Source of the DNA: an uncultured Planctomycetaceae bacterium
GTDB taxonomy: Bacteria > Planctomycetota > Planctomycetia > Planctomycetales > Planctomycetaceae
Direction: 5' to 3'
NCBI GenBank assembly: GCA_963815195.1
Contig: CAWFGE010000013.1
Location: 544,001 to 608,000 of the forward strand
DNA length: 64,000 nt
Numbering within the stretch: the first letter of the stretch is position 1; every line of letters starts with the position of its first letter. The position numbers and the translations under genes were made by a program. The notes beneath the pieces are model-generated. The model was not told the origin of the DNA and did no database searches. It saw only the letters and a list, made by a program, of their open reading frames with translations. Below are positions 9,175 to 19,466 of this stretch, piece after piece.

Positions 9175-11019
9175 ATGCGAAGGCGATTTTCTGTGTTCCG
9201 GCCGGGTCGTTTTGGAGTCGCCTTCATCCTGGGAATGAGTCTCACCGCTCGATTTCTGCCGGCCGCGGAACCGGCCCCGAATGTGTCCGAGACGGCCCAG
9301 GCGGTCGATCAGGCATTGTCGGCGGTGTTGAAAGCCTCGGGAACCGCACCGGCTCCCGCGGTCAACGACGAGGATTTCCTGCGGCGGGTTTCGTTCGACC
9401 TGACGGGTACGCTGCCCTCGCCCCGGGAGGTCACGCTGTTCGGCCTCGATCCTGACCCAAACAAACGCCAAAAGCTCGTCGCCCGGCTTTTGGAGTCCGA
9501 CGACTACGCCGAGAATTGGATGCGGTATTGGCGGGATGTCCTCTTTAGCCGGGCCACCAACATGCGGGCCCCGTTTGGCCGTTCGGCCTTTGAAAGCTGG
9601 ATGCTCGACCAGTTTCGCGAGAACGCGTCCTGGGACCAGGTGGCGACCGCCTTGATCACCGCCACGGGCGATGTCCGCGAAAACGGGGCGACGGCGTTGA
9701 TCTTCGCGCAAGAGGGGGACGAGTCGGAAATCGCCTCCGAGGTCTCGCGGATTTTCCTGGGCATCCAGATCCAGTGCGCGAACTGCCACAACCACCCGAC
9801 CGACAAATGGACGCGGGACGACTTCCACGAACTGGCCGCGTTCTTCCCGCGGATTCGGGTGCAGCCCAAACGCGAGGAGCAGCGGTTGATCTCCTATGAG
9901 GTCGTCTCGTTCAACCCGCCGCGGCGGCGCGGTTTCGCTCAGAATCGCCAACCCAACCCGGAGCAGACCATGCGGTTCTTGGACCGGAACCGCGACGGCA
10001 AGCTGACGAAAAACGAAGTCGAGAACACGCGGCTGGCCCGCGTTTTCGACCAGATTCTGGCCCGCGCCGATGAGGACAAGGACAAGGCCCTCAGCCTGCA
10101 AGAGTTCAAAAAGCTCCCCCCGCCACCGACGGGACCGGGCCGCGGCTCCGACGAGCATTACATGCCGGACCTCGACAACCCCGGCTCGCGCGGCCGGCAA
10201 ATCGATCCGGTGTTCTTCATCGGCGAGAAGTCGTTGCGGAGCGGCCAGACGGACCTCGATCGCCGCGAAACCTTGGCCCAATGGATCACCGATCAGCAGA
10301 ATCCCTGGTTCGCGCGGGCGTACGTCAACCGCATCTGGGCGGAGCTTTTGGGCCAGGGCTTTTACATGCCCATCGACGACATGGGCCCCGAACGCAAAGC
10401 CCAGAATCCGAAGGTCCTCGACATCCTCTCGGAGGGCTTCGTCGCCAGCGGCTACGATGTGAAGTGGCTGTTCGCGGTCATCGCCAACACGGACGCGTAT
10501 GCCCGGCAAGTCCGCCCGGTCGATCCCGCGGCTCCCGCTTTTGCCGCCGGCATTCCCACTCGGCTCCGGTCCGATCAGCTTTACAGCGCGATCACCGAAG
10601 TCTTCGGCATTGATGAAGACGCCAGCCGCCGGCCGGCTCCGCGGGGCGGCGGGAATCCTTACTTCCGCGCGCGTTCGCCGCGGGACGGGTTCAACGACCT
10701 GTTCGGCTTCGACCCGTCCACGCCGCAGGCGGACATCACGGGCGACGTCCCGCAGGCTCTGTTCTTGATGAACTCGCCGCAGATCAACGCCCTGATTCAA
10801 GCCAGCGGCCGGACGCGGCTGAATCAGGTGCTCACAAAATACCCCGACGACGAGGATGCCGTCGGCGAGTTGTATCTCCGCGTGCTGGCCCGCGAGCCGT
10901 CCGAGCGGGAGCAGGCCATCTGCCGGAAGTATATCGCCAAAGTCGACAACCGCAGCGAAGCCTTTGAGGATCTCCTGTGGAGTTTGCTCAACTCGAGCGA
11001 GTTCCTTTCCAAACGCTGA
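9175..11019 (+). CDS. DUF1549/DUF1553 (PSCyt2/PSD1) protein with an inserted EF-hand pair
   Basis: Signal peptide; DEDFLRRVSFDLTGTLP; FLGIQIQCANCHNHP; NPWFARAYVNRIWAELLG; DLLWSLLNSSEF; EF-hands DRNRDGKLTKNE and DEDKDKALSLQE. Confidence 0.9.
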   Translation: MRRRFSVFRPGRFGVAFILGMSLTARFLPAAEPAPNVSETAQAVDQALSAVLKASGTAPAPAVNDEDFLRRVSFDLTGTLPSPREVTLFGLDPDPNKRQKLVARLLESDDYAENWMRYWRDVLFSRATNMRAPFGRSAFESWMLDQFRENASWDQVATALITATGDVRENGATALIFAQEGDESEIASEVSRIFLGIQIQCANCHNHPTDKWTRDDFHELAAFFPRIRVQPKREEQRLISYEVVSFNPPRRRGFAQNRQPNPEQTMRFLDRNRDGKLTKNEVENTRLARVFDQILARADEDKDKALSLQEFKKLPPPPTGPGRGSDEHYMPDLDNPGSRGRQIDPVFFIGEKSLRSGQTDLDRRETLAQWITDQQNPWFARAYVNRIWAELLGQGFYMPIDDMGPERKAQNPKVLDILSEGFVASGYDVKWLFAVIANTDAYARQVRPVDPAAPAFAAGIPTRLRSDQLYSAITEVFGIDEDASRRPAPRGGGNPYFRARSPRDGFNDLFGFDPSTPQADITGDVPQALFLMNSPQINALIQASGRTRLNQVLTKYPDDEDAVGELYLRVLAREPSEREQAICRKYIAKVDNRSEAFEDLLWSLLNSSEFLSKR

Positions 11020-11024
11020 TAATC

Positions 11025-11104
11025 TGAGCGGTAGGCGCTAGCCTCCGGCTTCGATGTGATGATATGTCCAAAACCAAGACCGGCGGCTAGCGCCGTGCCG
11101 CTCA
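11025..11104. repeat. REP-like palindrome, family R3
   Basis: TGAGCGGTAGGCGCTAGCCTCCGG ... CCGGCGGCTAGCGCCGTGCCGCTCA, imperfect inverted repeat. Confidence 0.65.
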
Positions 11105-11204
11105 CGTTGCTTCCTTCGGCGAGTTTTATTTTGAAGTCAAAACCGGGGCGGACCACCCTGCGGGCGGTGCCCCCCGGCGGCTAATTTTTTTAGGATTTCG
11201 AACC

Positions 11205-12500
11205 ATGAAGTTTTCGCTGCATGAATCGGTGATGCCGCGGCGGGGCGGGTTTTCCCGCCGGCGGTTTTTGCACGGGGTGGCCGCGGGCACGCTTGCGGCG
11301 GGAGCGTTGAACCTCCGCGATTTGATGACCCTCCAGGCGGCGGAACTGAAGAAGCAGGGGCGGTCCATGATCCTGCTGTGGATGGCCGGCGGCCCGAGCC
11401 AGTTTGAGACCTTCGATCCCAAACCCGGCACGGACAACGGCGGCCCGACCAAGGCCATCGAGACTTCGGTGCCCGGCATTCAGATCGCCGAGGGCTGGGA
11501 ACGCACCGCCCGGGTGATGGAGGACGTGGCCCTCATCCGCTCGATGACCAACCGCGAAGGCAGCCATCCGCGGGCGACGTATCAACTCCACACGGGCTAC
11601 ATCCCCTCGGGCAGCGTGAAGCATCCGAGCCTCGCCGCGAACATCGCCAAAGAAATCGCCGACCCGCAGTTCGAACTGCCGGCGGTCGTCACCGTGGGCG
11701 GCGGGCGGGCGTTGGGCGGGACGGGGGCCGGCTTTCTGGGCGTGGACTACGAGCCGTTCCTGGTCGCCAGCCCCGGGCAGCTTCCCGCCAACGTCGCGGT
11801 TCCCGTGCGCGAGCCCCGCTTCGATCGGCGGTTGGGATTGCTTGACGAATTGGAGACCGAATACGCCCAGCGGGGCGGCGGGGCGGTCGTCAAGGACCAC
11901 CAACAGCTTTATCAGAAGACCGCCAAGATGGTCCTCAGCGAACAGACGAAAGCCTTCGATCTGTCCGCCGAGCCCGAGTCCGTCAAGAGCCAATATGGAA
12001 ACTCGCAATTCGGCCGCGGGTGTCTCTTGGCCCGGCGGTTGGTGGAAGCGGGCGTGACGTTTGTGGAAGTTTCCTCCGGCGGTTGGGACACGCATCAGGA
12101 CAACTTCGACCGCACCAAAACTCTCGCCGGCCAGGTCGATCCCGCGCTCGCCGGGTTGATCGCCGACCTGAAAACCCGCGGCCAATTGGAGCGGACGCTG
12201 GTCGTGTGGATGGGCGAGTTCGGCCGCACGCCGCGGGTCAACCCCCGCACCGGGCGGGATCATTATCCCCGCGTGTTCAATGCAGCGATTGCGGGTGGCG
12301 GCATCCGCGGCGGTCAGGTCATTGGCTCCTCGACCGCCGACGGCTCCGCGGTCAAGGACCGCCCCGTGACCGTGCCCGATCTATTCTGCTCGATTTGCAA
12401 ATCGCTCGAGGTCAACCCGCGGGCCGAAAACATCAGCCCCTTGGGGCGGCCGATGAAGATCGTTGACGGCGGCGAACCGGTGTCTCAACTATTCAGCTAA
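11205..12500 (+). CDS. DUF1501 domain protein with Tat signal
   Basis: SRRRFL; ILLWMAGGPSQFETFDPKP; GRGCLLARRLVEAGVTFVEV; GWDTH; GEFGRTP; GRDHYP. Confidence 0.92.
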   Translation: MKFSLHESVMPRRGGFSRRRFLHGVAAGTLAAGALNLRDLMTLQAAELKKQGRSMILLWMAGGPSQFETFDPKPGTDNGGPTKAIETSVPGIQIAEGWERTARVMEDVALIRSMTNREGSHPRATYQLHTGYIPSGSVKHPSLAANIAKEIADPQFELPAVVTVGGGRALGGTGAGFLGVDYEPFLVASPGQLPANVAVPVREPRFDRRLGLLDELETEYAQRGGGAVVKDHQQLYQKTAKMVLSEQTKAFDLSAEPESVKSQYGNSQFGRGCLLARRLVEAGVTFVEVSSGGWDTHQDNFDRTKTLAGQVDPALAGLIADLKTRGQLERTLVVWMGEFGRTPRVNPRTGRDHYPRVFNAAIAGGGIRGGQVIGSSTADGSAVKDRPVTVPDLFCSICKSLEVNPRAENISPLGRPMKIVDGGEPVSQLFS

Positions 12501-12531
12501 AAGCCTCCAATGCGGTTCCCTCCCCGCATTG

Positions 12532-12568
12532 CGCCTGGCGGTTTTGTGAAAGCCGCCGGGCGTTTTTT
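12532..12568 (+). terminator. Intrinsic terminator after the DUF1501 gene
   Basis: CGCCTGGCGGTTTT-gtg-AAAGCCGCCGGGCG-TTTTTT. Confidence 0.7.
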
Positions 12569-12652
12569 GTTTGACGGGAGCCGCCGTTTGCGATTGACTA
12601 GGGGGAGCAATTTCTTTTCCGCGGATTCCGTTCTGGTCCCTTTCGTAAAACC

Positions 12653-14438
12653 ATGTCGCGCACCGCTTCTCCGTCCGACCGCGTCGAGGGCCGGTATTAC
12701 ACGCCGGCGGAGTTGGTGGAAACGATGCTCCGCTTGGCGCTCGATCCGCTGCTGGCGTCCCGCGAATCGCGCGAGTCGCCGCCGTTGCGGATTCTCGATC
12801 CCGCCTGCGGAGAGGGAGCGTTTCTGGTCGCCGCGTATGATCGGCTCAAAGCGTGGTACGAAGCCGCGGGACAGGCACCTGCGAGCATCGTTTCTCGGCA
12901 TCTCTTCGGGGTGGACATCGACCGGGACGCGCTCGCAACTCTGCGAACGCGGCTCGATGGTGAGGAGGCAAATCTCCGTTGGGGCGATGCACTGACGGGA
13001 GCCGGCTTCGGCGACGCGGACGATTCCGAAGTTGACGAGGCAGAAGACGCGGCGGTTCCGAGTGTCGATTGGCGGCCGGCATTTCCTCAGGCGGCCGCGG
13101 CGGGCGGGTTTGACCTGGTGATTGGCAACCCGCCCTACCGCCGGGAGTTGGCGTCCAAGGCGATGTCGGGCCGCTTGAAGACGTCGCCCTTGGGCCGGCG
13201 GTGGCATCAGCCGCGGTTGGATATGTGGGCGTACTTTTTACATCGCGGGCTCGATCTGCTTCGCGATGGGGGGCGATTGGCCTTCGTGCTGCCGAGCTAT
13301 TGGACGGCTTCCACAGGAGCCCGGCAACTCATCGGACGCCTGGAGGCCGAGACGGAAATCTGCGATGTCGTGCGGCTCGGCGGGATGCCGGTGTTTCCGC
13401 ACGTGGAAGGCCGGCATCTGATTTTGAGCCTGCAAAAAGGCCGCGGGTCCCGCCCCTGCCGGATTTGGGATCTCTCGGATTCCCAAGACGCCCCCGCGGA
13501 GGCATTGGCCGCGGTATCTCGTCCGGAAGCGGGTTGTGTGTTTTCGATGGAGCAGCGCGAATTGTTCGTTGGCGGGCAACTCTGCGTGTCGCCGCCCGAG
13601 CCGATTCTCCGCCAAATGGACGGGCGAAGCCAATCGCTTTTGACGGCAAAGTTTGAAGTCCGGGAAGGGATCGTCGAAAATCCGCCCCGCATCAGCCGGC
13701 GGATCGCCCGGGCTTCCCATCACGCCTACCGCGCGGGCGAGGGCGTGTTCGTGTTGTTGCGCGAAGAGCTGTCTCGGATGGAACTCAATCCCGCGGAGCG
13801 CCGAGCTGCTCAGGCCTTATTACCGGGGCACGGACATCGAGCGGTATTGGCTCAGGGAGTCGCCCGGCGAGTTTTTGCTGTACCTCACCCGGCGGACCGC
13901 GGAGGATTTGGCCCCGTTCCCGAACATCGAAAAACATCTCGCCCGGTTTCGCCCGCTCCTCGAGGAACGCCGGGAAGTTCAGCGGGGCCAGATCGCCTGG
14001 TGGCATTTGCATTGGCCCCGGGACGAACGGCTGTTTCTCGTCCCGCGGATCCTGATGCCCCAAATGGGCCGGGCTCCGCGGTTCGTGTACTGCGAGGCTC
14101 CGGCGTTCGTCGGGTTTGCCATGCATTTGATCCGGCGGGCAACGGAAACGGACGTTTCGCCATCGTCACCTCTGCTCGCGTTGACCGGCGTCCTCAACTC
14201 CGCGTTGGCGGCGCGCTGGTTTGACAAGTTCGCCAAGCACCGCGGGGTGGCGCTCGACATCAGCGGGACTGTGCTCCGCCGGTTTCCGTTGCCTCCCGAG
14301 AATCCTGAAGCCGAGCAGTCGCTCGCCCGGCTTGTGGGAGATCGGCAACGGCGGGCTCAAAACTCGCCCCAAGCCGCGGCTCTGGAAGACGAGATCGAAA
14401 CCGCCGTTCGGAGGTGGTATGGCTTGCCGAACGATTGA
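12653..14438 (+). CDS. N6-adenine DNA methyltransferase, Eco57I/TaqI-like gamma class (1-nt frameshift near 13801)
   Basis: GRYYTP; motif I DPACGEGAF; GVDID; motif IV FDLVIGNPPY; second frame gives LLRPYYRGTDIERY and LTGVLNS, a TaqI-C-like specificity region. Confidence 0.85.
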
Positions 14439-14453
14439 ATAGAGGCATCGCGC

Positions 14454-14524
14454 GGGTGGCACGTCCCTGAGGGCGTGGTCTGGGTGATCGCCACGTCCTT
14501 CGCTGCGCTCAGCGCGTGCCACCC
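14454..14524. repeat. REP-like palindrome, family R2 (GGGTGGCACG...CGTGCCACCC)
   Basis: Terminal inverted repeats; inverted homologue at 15622-15702. Confidence 0.7.
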
Positions 14525-14577
14525 AAGTTCGGACCTCAGTTACTTGGTGAAGCGAGATGGAAATGATCCATCGCGGC

Positions 14578-15466
14578 TCAGCCCGTTTTCCGGTCGCGGT
14601 TGGGTTCGGCTTGGTGCGGGGCCTCTTCGCCCGCGGGTAGGGGCTTGATGGAATGGTCCGCCTCGTCCGCAGGATTCGGTTGCGGCCGGAAGTAGTCCAT
14701 CGATTGTTTGACGACCATCCCGCGCGGGGCTGTCCGCACGAGTTGGCATCGCCAGTAATTCCACCAGCCCGGTCACCCAATACGAGCGGCGTTTTTCCAA
14801 ACCCTTGAGGGCCGACTTGACCACCTGACCGGCGGTTTGGGAGGAGTGCTTTTTGAGCCAGTTGGGAACGCCCGCGACGTCGAAAAACGAGGTTTCCGTC
14901 GCGCCGGGGCACAAGGCCATCACAGTCACGCCGCGGTCTCGGGCCTCCGCCCAGAGCGCCTCGCTGAAATGCAGCACGTAGGATTTGCTCGCGGAATAGG
15001 CCCCCATGTAGGCCACGGGCTGAAACCCCGCGATCGACGCCACGTTGACGATCGCCCCGTGCCGGCGTTCCAACATCGCCGGCAGGAAATGATAGGTCAA
15101 ATCGGTGAGGGTTTCGATATTCAGCCGGACCATTTGGAGGATGCGATCGGCATCGGTGCTTTCGATGTCGCCGGCAATCCCGAAGCCCGCGTTGTTGACG
15201 AGCAGTTCCACCTCGATCTGCCTGGCCTTGACCTCGGATTTCACGCGCTCGACGTCATCGGGCAGCGTGAGGTCGGCACAAATGATTTCGGTGCGGGTGC
15301 CGTGGCGGGTGTCCAAGTCGCGGGCGAGGGATTCCAAGGCGTCCCGGCTCCGGGCTGTGAGCACCAGGTGCATGCCCCGCGCGGCCAGCTTGCGGGCGAA
15401 CTCGGCACCAATCCCGGAAGAGGCTCCCGTTATCAATGCCCAACGCTCCGCGTACGCTTCAATCAC
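14578..15466 (-). CDS. SDR family NAD(P)-dependent oxidoreductase (frameshift near 14769)
   Basis: [25 protein letters not shown]; removing one G gives [28 protein letters not shown]...TG* ending at 14578. Confidence 0.88.
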
Positions 15467-15621
15467 GAACAGCCCCTCTCAAGAATCGGACAATCCTCTA
15501 CGCCGGTGTCTTCGGCCGGTTTCATCCTAGCAGATTTCCGAGACGAGGAAAACCAGCCCACAGGCGACGACCGGCGTGACAGTTCCATTTGACCACCGCC
15601 TGCCGTGATAGGCTTTCGCTT

Positions 15622-15702
15622 GGGTGGCACGCTCTGAGCGCAGCGAAGGGCGTGGTCTTGGCGATTACCACGCCCTTCGCGGCGCCCAGGGACGTGCCAC
15701 CC
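15622..15702. repeat. REP-like palindrome, family R2
   Basis: GGGTGGCACGCTCTGAGCGCAGCGAAGGGCGTGG...CCACGCCCTTCGCGGCGCCCAGGGACGTGCCACCC. Confidence 0.7.
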
Positions 15703-15805
15703 GATTCGGTTTTGACCACCGGTCGATTCGGCTGACCTTGCGAGCCCAGCAGGAATTGCGTATCTCAAAGTTAGACCGACCCGAAACTCTGAAGGACGCC
15801 GAGCG

Positions 15806-16480
15806 ATGCGAGCAATGAGCCGAGACGAGGTGCGGGACATCGACCGCCGGGCCGTCGCCGATTATAAAATGCCGAGCCTCCTCTTGATGGAAAACGCCGG
15901 GCGGGGAGCGGCCGAGGTTTTGGAAGCGGCGGGAATCGCCGGTCCGGTTGTGGTGTGTGCCGGGAAGGGCAACAACGGCGGCGACGGGTTTGTGATCGCT
16001 CGCCATTTGGAGAATCGCGGCCGCGAGGTGCGGGTGCTCTTGTTTTGCAATCCCGCCGACCTCCAAGGCGATGCGGCGGTCAACTTTCAAATCCTCGCCG
16101 CCGCCCAAACGCCCGTGGACGTTTTGGGGGCGGATTTCACCGACGAAGAATTGACCGGCCCGCTGAGCGGGGCCGGCTGGATTGTGGACGCTCTGTTGGG
16201 GACGGGAACGAAAGGCGAGATTCGCGAACCGTTCGGGCGGATCATCCAGGCGATCAATCGAAGCGCCGCGAAAGTGTTGGCGGTGGATTTGCCGTCGGGA
16301 ATGGATTGCGACACCGGCGAACCGTTGGGCGAGTGCATCCGCGCCGACCTGACCGCGACATTCGTCGCGCGGAAAGTCGGCTTCGATCAGCCGGGGGCCT
16401 CGAACCTCACGGGCGAAGTTCGTGTCGTGGATATTGGGGTGCCCCGCCGAGCCCTTGGCGATTTTGAAGGAGAGGACTGA
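15806..16480 (+). CDS. nnrE: NAD(P)H-hydrate epimerase (YjeF N-terminal domain)
   Basis: LLMENAGRG, GKGNNGGDG, IVDALLGTG, AVDLPSG, ADLTATF, VVDIGVP. Confidence 0.93.
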   Translation: MRAMSRDEVRDIDRRAVADYKMPSLLLMENAGRGAAEVLEAAGIAGPVVVCAGKGNNGGDGFVIARHLENRGREVRVLLFCNPADLQGDAAVNFQILAAAQTPVDVLGADFTDEELTGPLSGAGWIVDALLGTGTKGEIREPFGRIIQAINRSAAKVLAVDLPSGMDCDTGEPLGECIRADLTATFVARKVGFDQPGASNLTGEVRVVDIGVPRRALGDFEGED

Positions 16481-17511
16481 CGAACGCGAAACTCGACATC
16501 CCCGACCTCGCCAAAGAGTTGGAAAACCTGCTTCGGCAAATCCCGGAAGGCCGGGCGACGACCTTCGGCGATTTGGCCCGCGCGTTGGGCGATGTCGCCG
16601 CGGCCCGCTGGGTCGCCCAGACCGTGCGGAGCGGCCGTCTCGCGGACGATTGCCCGGTCCATCGCGCGGTGATGAAGTCCGGCGAACCCGGCGGCAACGA
16701 TGGCGATGCCGCATCCCAAATCCAAAAGCTCGGGCGCGAGGGCATCCTCCTGGAGAACGACCGCGTGGTTCTCGAGACGGTCGGGTTTGCGGATTTTGAA
16801 TCCTCGGCTCCGCTCGCGGTTTTGAAAAGGCATCAAGACAACGTCCCGGCCGAAGTGGAGCTTTCGCCGTTCCCGCAAACGCCGGACGAAATCGCCGCGG
16901 TGGACTTGTCCTATCTCGACGATGGCACGGCGGTCGCATGTTACGCCCTCGTGGAAACGGCGAGCGGCCGGCTGGCCTGGTCGGCGACGGTGCACCGGCG
17001 GGTTTTGTTTCCTTATGTCTCCGGATATCTCGCGTACCGGGAGCTGCCGATCTTGTTGGATCTCATCGAGCACGTCGAACGCCAGCGCGCGGTCGCCGAG
17101 GTGGTGTTCGTGGACGGCAACGGCCGGCTGCATCCCCGCCGGGCCGGGATTGCCAGCCACTTCGGGGTGCTGGCGAACCTGCGGACGGTGGGCGTGGGCA
17201 AAACTCTGCTGTGCGGCAAGGTGGATTTGTCCCAGGTCAAGCCGCGGCAGCCGCAGCCGATATTGGATGGAGAGGACCTGTTGGGAATGGCGGTCAAAGC
17301 CGGCCCGAAATCCAAGCCCGTGTTCGTCTCGCCGGGACATCGGATCGACGTGTCCGATGCGGTGCGGCTGGCGGATCGGCTATTCCACGGCCATCGGTTG
17401 CCCGAGCCGATTTTCCACGCGGATTCGCTCAGCCGGAAGGAGGCCAAGGCGATCATGTCCGGGGCGGATAGGGCAGGGGATCCGTGGCCCCCAATTCCGC
17501 AAAGCCCTTGA
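16477..17511 (+). CDS. nfi: Endonuclease V with an N-terminal alkyltransferase-like (MGMT/ATL) DNA-binding domain; start may be CTG at 16477 or TTG at 16519
   Basis: N-terminal [29 protein letters not shown]; EndoV motifs [60 protein letters not shown]. Confidence 0.88.
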   Translation: MTNAKLDIPDLAKELENLLRQIPEGRATTFGDLARALGDVAAARWVAQTVRSGRLADDCPVHRAVMKSGEPGGNDGDAASQIQKLGREGILLENDRVVLETVGFADFESSAPLAVLKRHQDNVPAEVELSPFPQTPDEIAAVDLSYLDDGTAVACYALVETASGRLAWSATVHRRVLFPYVSGYLAYRELPILLDLIEHVERQRAVAEVVFVDGNGRLHPRRAGIASHFGVLANLRTVGVGKTLLCGKVDLSQVKPRQPQPILDGEDLLGMAVKAGPKSKPVFVSPGHRIDVSDAVRLADRLFHGHRLPEPIFHADSLSRKEAKAIMSGADRAGDPWPPIPQSP

Positions 17512-18157
17512 GCCGGAGCCGGCAGGAGTCGCAGCGCCCGCAGGGCCGGCCCTTGTTATCGGGGTCGTAGCAGCTGTGCGTCAAACCGTAATCCACGCCG
17601 AGCCTGAGGCCTTCGCGGATGATGTCCGCTTTCGTCAGGGAAATCAGCGGCGTGTGGATTGCCCAGTGAACCCGGTTCTCGACGCCGGCTTTCGTAGCGA
17701 GTTGAGCGAGCCGCTGGAACTCTTCGATAAACTCCGGCCGGCAATCGGGGTAGCCGCTGTAATCGACGGCGTTGACGCCGATGAAGAGATCCGCCGCCCC
17801 CAGGACCTCGGCCCAACCCAAAGCCAGCGAGAGAAACACCGTGTTCCGCGCGGGGACGTAGGTGACGGGGATGCCCGCTTGCATCTCGGCTTCGTCCCGG
17901 TCCCGCGGGACAGCGATGTCATCGGTCAAGGCCGAGCCTCCGAGCGCCCGCAAGTCGAGTTTGAGGGTGATGTGCCGTTCGACGCCGATCGCCCGGCAAA
18001 CGCGGGCGGCGGCTTCGAGCTCAAAGCGGTGCCGCTGTCCATAATCGAACGACAAGGCGAACAGGCGAAAGCCCTGCTCGCGGGCCAAGGCGAGCACGGT
18101 CGTCGAATCCAATCCGCCGCTGACCAAAACGACGGCGGGCGTCGCCTGCGAACTCAC
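17453..18157 (-). CDS. queC: 7-cyano-7-deazaguanine synthase
   Basis: [47 protein letters not shown] start after GAGGAGG. Confidence 0.95.
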   Translation of the reverse strand: MSSQATPAVVLVSGGLDSTTVLALAREQGFRLFALSFDYGQRHRFELEAAARVCRAIGVERHITLKLDLRALGGSALTDDIAVPRDRDEAEMQAGIPVTYVPARNTVFLSLALGWAEVLGAADLFIGVNAVDYSGYPDCRPEFIEEFQRLAQLATKAGVENRVHWAIHTPLISLTKADIIREGLRLGVDYGLTHSCYDPDNKGRPCGRCDSCRLRLKGFAELGATDPLPYPPRT

Positions 18158-18206
18158 TGGATCACCTCCTCGCATTTCAGAAAATCGAAAACTTCCAGAC
18201 AACGAA

Positions 18207-18236
18207 ATTGTGCGAACACACGCGGCACATCGTCAA
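18207..18236 (-). promoter_or_regulatory. Sigma70-like promoter of queC
   Basis: Minus strand TTGACG-N18-CACAAT just downstream of a terminator. Confidence 0.4.
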
Positions 18237-18261
18237 CGGAGTTTCCCGAAATCCCGCCCGT

Positions 18262-18302
18262 AAAAAAAGAACCGGACGGCAAGCGAACCTGCCGTCCGGT
18301 TT
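18262..18302 (-). terminator. Intrinsic terminator after the 18323-19126 gene
   Basis: Minus strand AACCGGACGGCAGG-ttcg-CTTGCCGTCCGGTT-CTTTTTTT. Confidence 0.75.
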
Positions 18303-18322
18303 TCGAGGATCTTCGCCGCCGA

Positions 18323-19126
18323 TTAGAACGGCGGGTAATACATCGTCGAGCGGCGGTATAAAAGGTGATAGTTCAAACCGTAATCGTTCGGCGGAGCGTA
18401 AGGCAGCAGGCTGGAACCGAACCCGTATCCCCATCCGGGGGCGGTCGAATTTAAGTAATACGAGTAATAGCTGTTGGGGCTGAGCCGCGAGTTCTCATAG
18501 GGGAACAGCGTGTGGTGCGGCCGGGGCTGCGGCGCCGCGGCGACTTTGGGATGCGGGTTCCCGGTGAGAAGCTCCATCGTGGCGTCGTGCCGGTACGAGG
18601 GGTTCGCGATGTATTCGCTCCGGCGGAAGGGGATGCTGTTGTAAACCTTCACGTAGTCGTGCGGGTTGACGTGCGGCCGAGATTCCGCCGGCGGACAACA
18701 CTCGGCCGGCGCCTCATGGGCCGGACGGGCGAAGCGAGGCACGATTTCCACGCCAAACTCATTCGCCGGCGCTTGCGGTGTTTCGGCCGGCTTGGTTTCC
18801 GGCGGATTCTCTTTCGCGGGAGCCTCTTTCTCCGCCGCGGCATCGTTCTGGCTCGGCATTGGGGGCGCGGCGGCGAGGTTCGTCCGGCTAGGACGGGCGG
18901 CGGGAAACCGCGGCACGATCAGGACTTCCCAAGTCGAACCGTCGGCCTCCTTCACTTTTTCCACGCGAGGCAGCGCGGGATTTTTCGATTCTGCAGAAGC
19001 CGTCGAGCAAAAATCGGCAACAAATGCCGACGTCAAGGCCATGCATAAGCTAAGGTTAAGCAGGGAAACTCGCGTGCGGGCCGAAGTCCGTCGGCATCTT
19101 TTTAGATCACGTCCGGGACGTTGCAT
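18323..19126 (-). CDS. Hypothetical secreted protein, Pro-rich, with a Tyr-rich C-terminus
   Basis: ATG after GAGG; signal-like segment ending in ASA; repeated (V/E)(L)IVPRF motif; YNSIPFRRSEY.ANPSYRHDATME; followed by a terminator. Confidence 0.65.
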   Translation of the reverse strand: MQRPGRDLKRCRRTSARTRVSLLNLSLCMALTSAFVADFCSTASAESKNPALPRVEKVKEADGSTWEVLIVPRFPAARPSRTNLAAAPPMPSQNDAAAEKEAPAKENPPETKPAETPQAPANEFGVEIVPRFARPAHEAPAECCPPAESRPHVNPHDYVKVYNSIPFRRSEYIANPSYRHDATMELLTGNPHPKVAAAPQPRPHHTLFPYENSRLSPNSYYSYYLNSTAPGWGYGFGSSLLPYAPPNDYGLNYHLLYRRSTMYYPPF

Positions 19127-19466
19127 CGTGGGTGTACCTCGTTGAAGGATGGAGTGGATCAAATCGTCGAAGAGGGGACGGAGATCGATGCGGGAAACGC
19201 GGAACACCCGCAGCAGGCTTCCTGAATTCCACGCTACAGAGGCCGGCGAACCAAAGTCAATTTGAGTTTTCCCAATCCGCACAGCCGAGCGGAAGTTCTT
19301 CGCTTTCCGCGGCGGGTTGACCGCGAGAACCCTCAAAGTCCATGAATGCCGCAAAACCGATTCCCTTAAACGCCTGGGAAGAATCCGCAATTCCGCGAGT
19401 GATGACCCAGCCTGTTTCCTGGGAGTCGGGCGGAAAACGCAAAAAGCCGACCTATCTTCAAGTCGC

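Noticed and set aside
17453..18320. queC as part of a Dpd/QatABCD-type defence system, or with a preQ1 riboswitch
   Set aside because: Canonical housekeeping QueC with no dpdA, TatD or ATPase neighbours; the leader shows only a terminator and promoter, with no recognisable preQ1 aptamer
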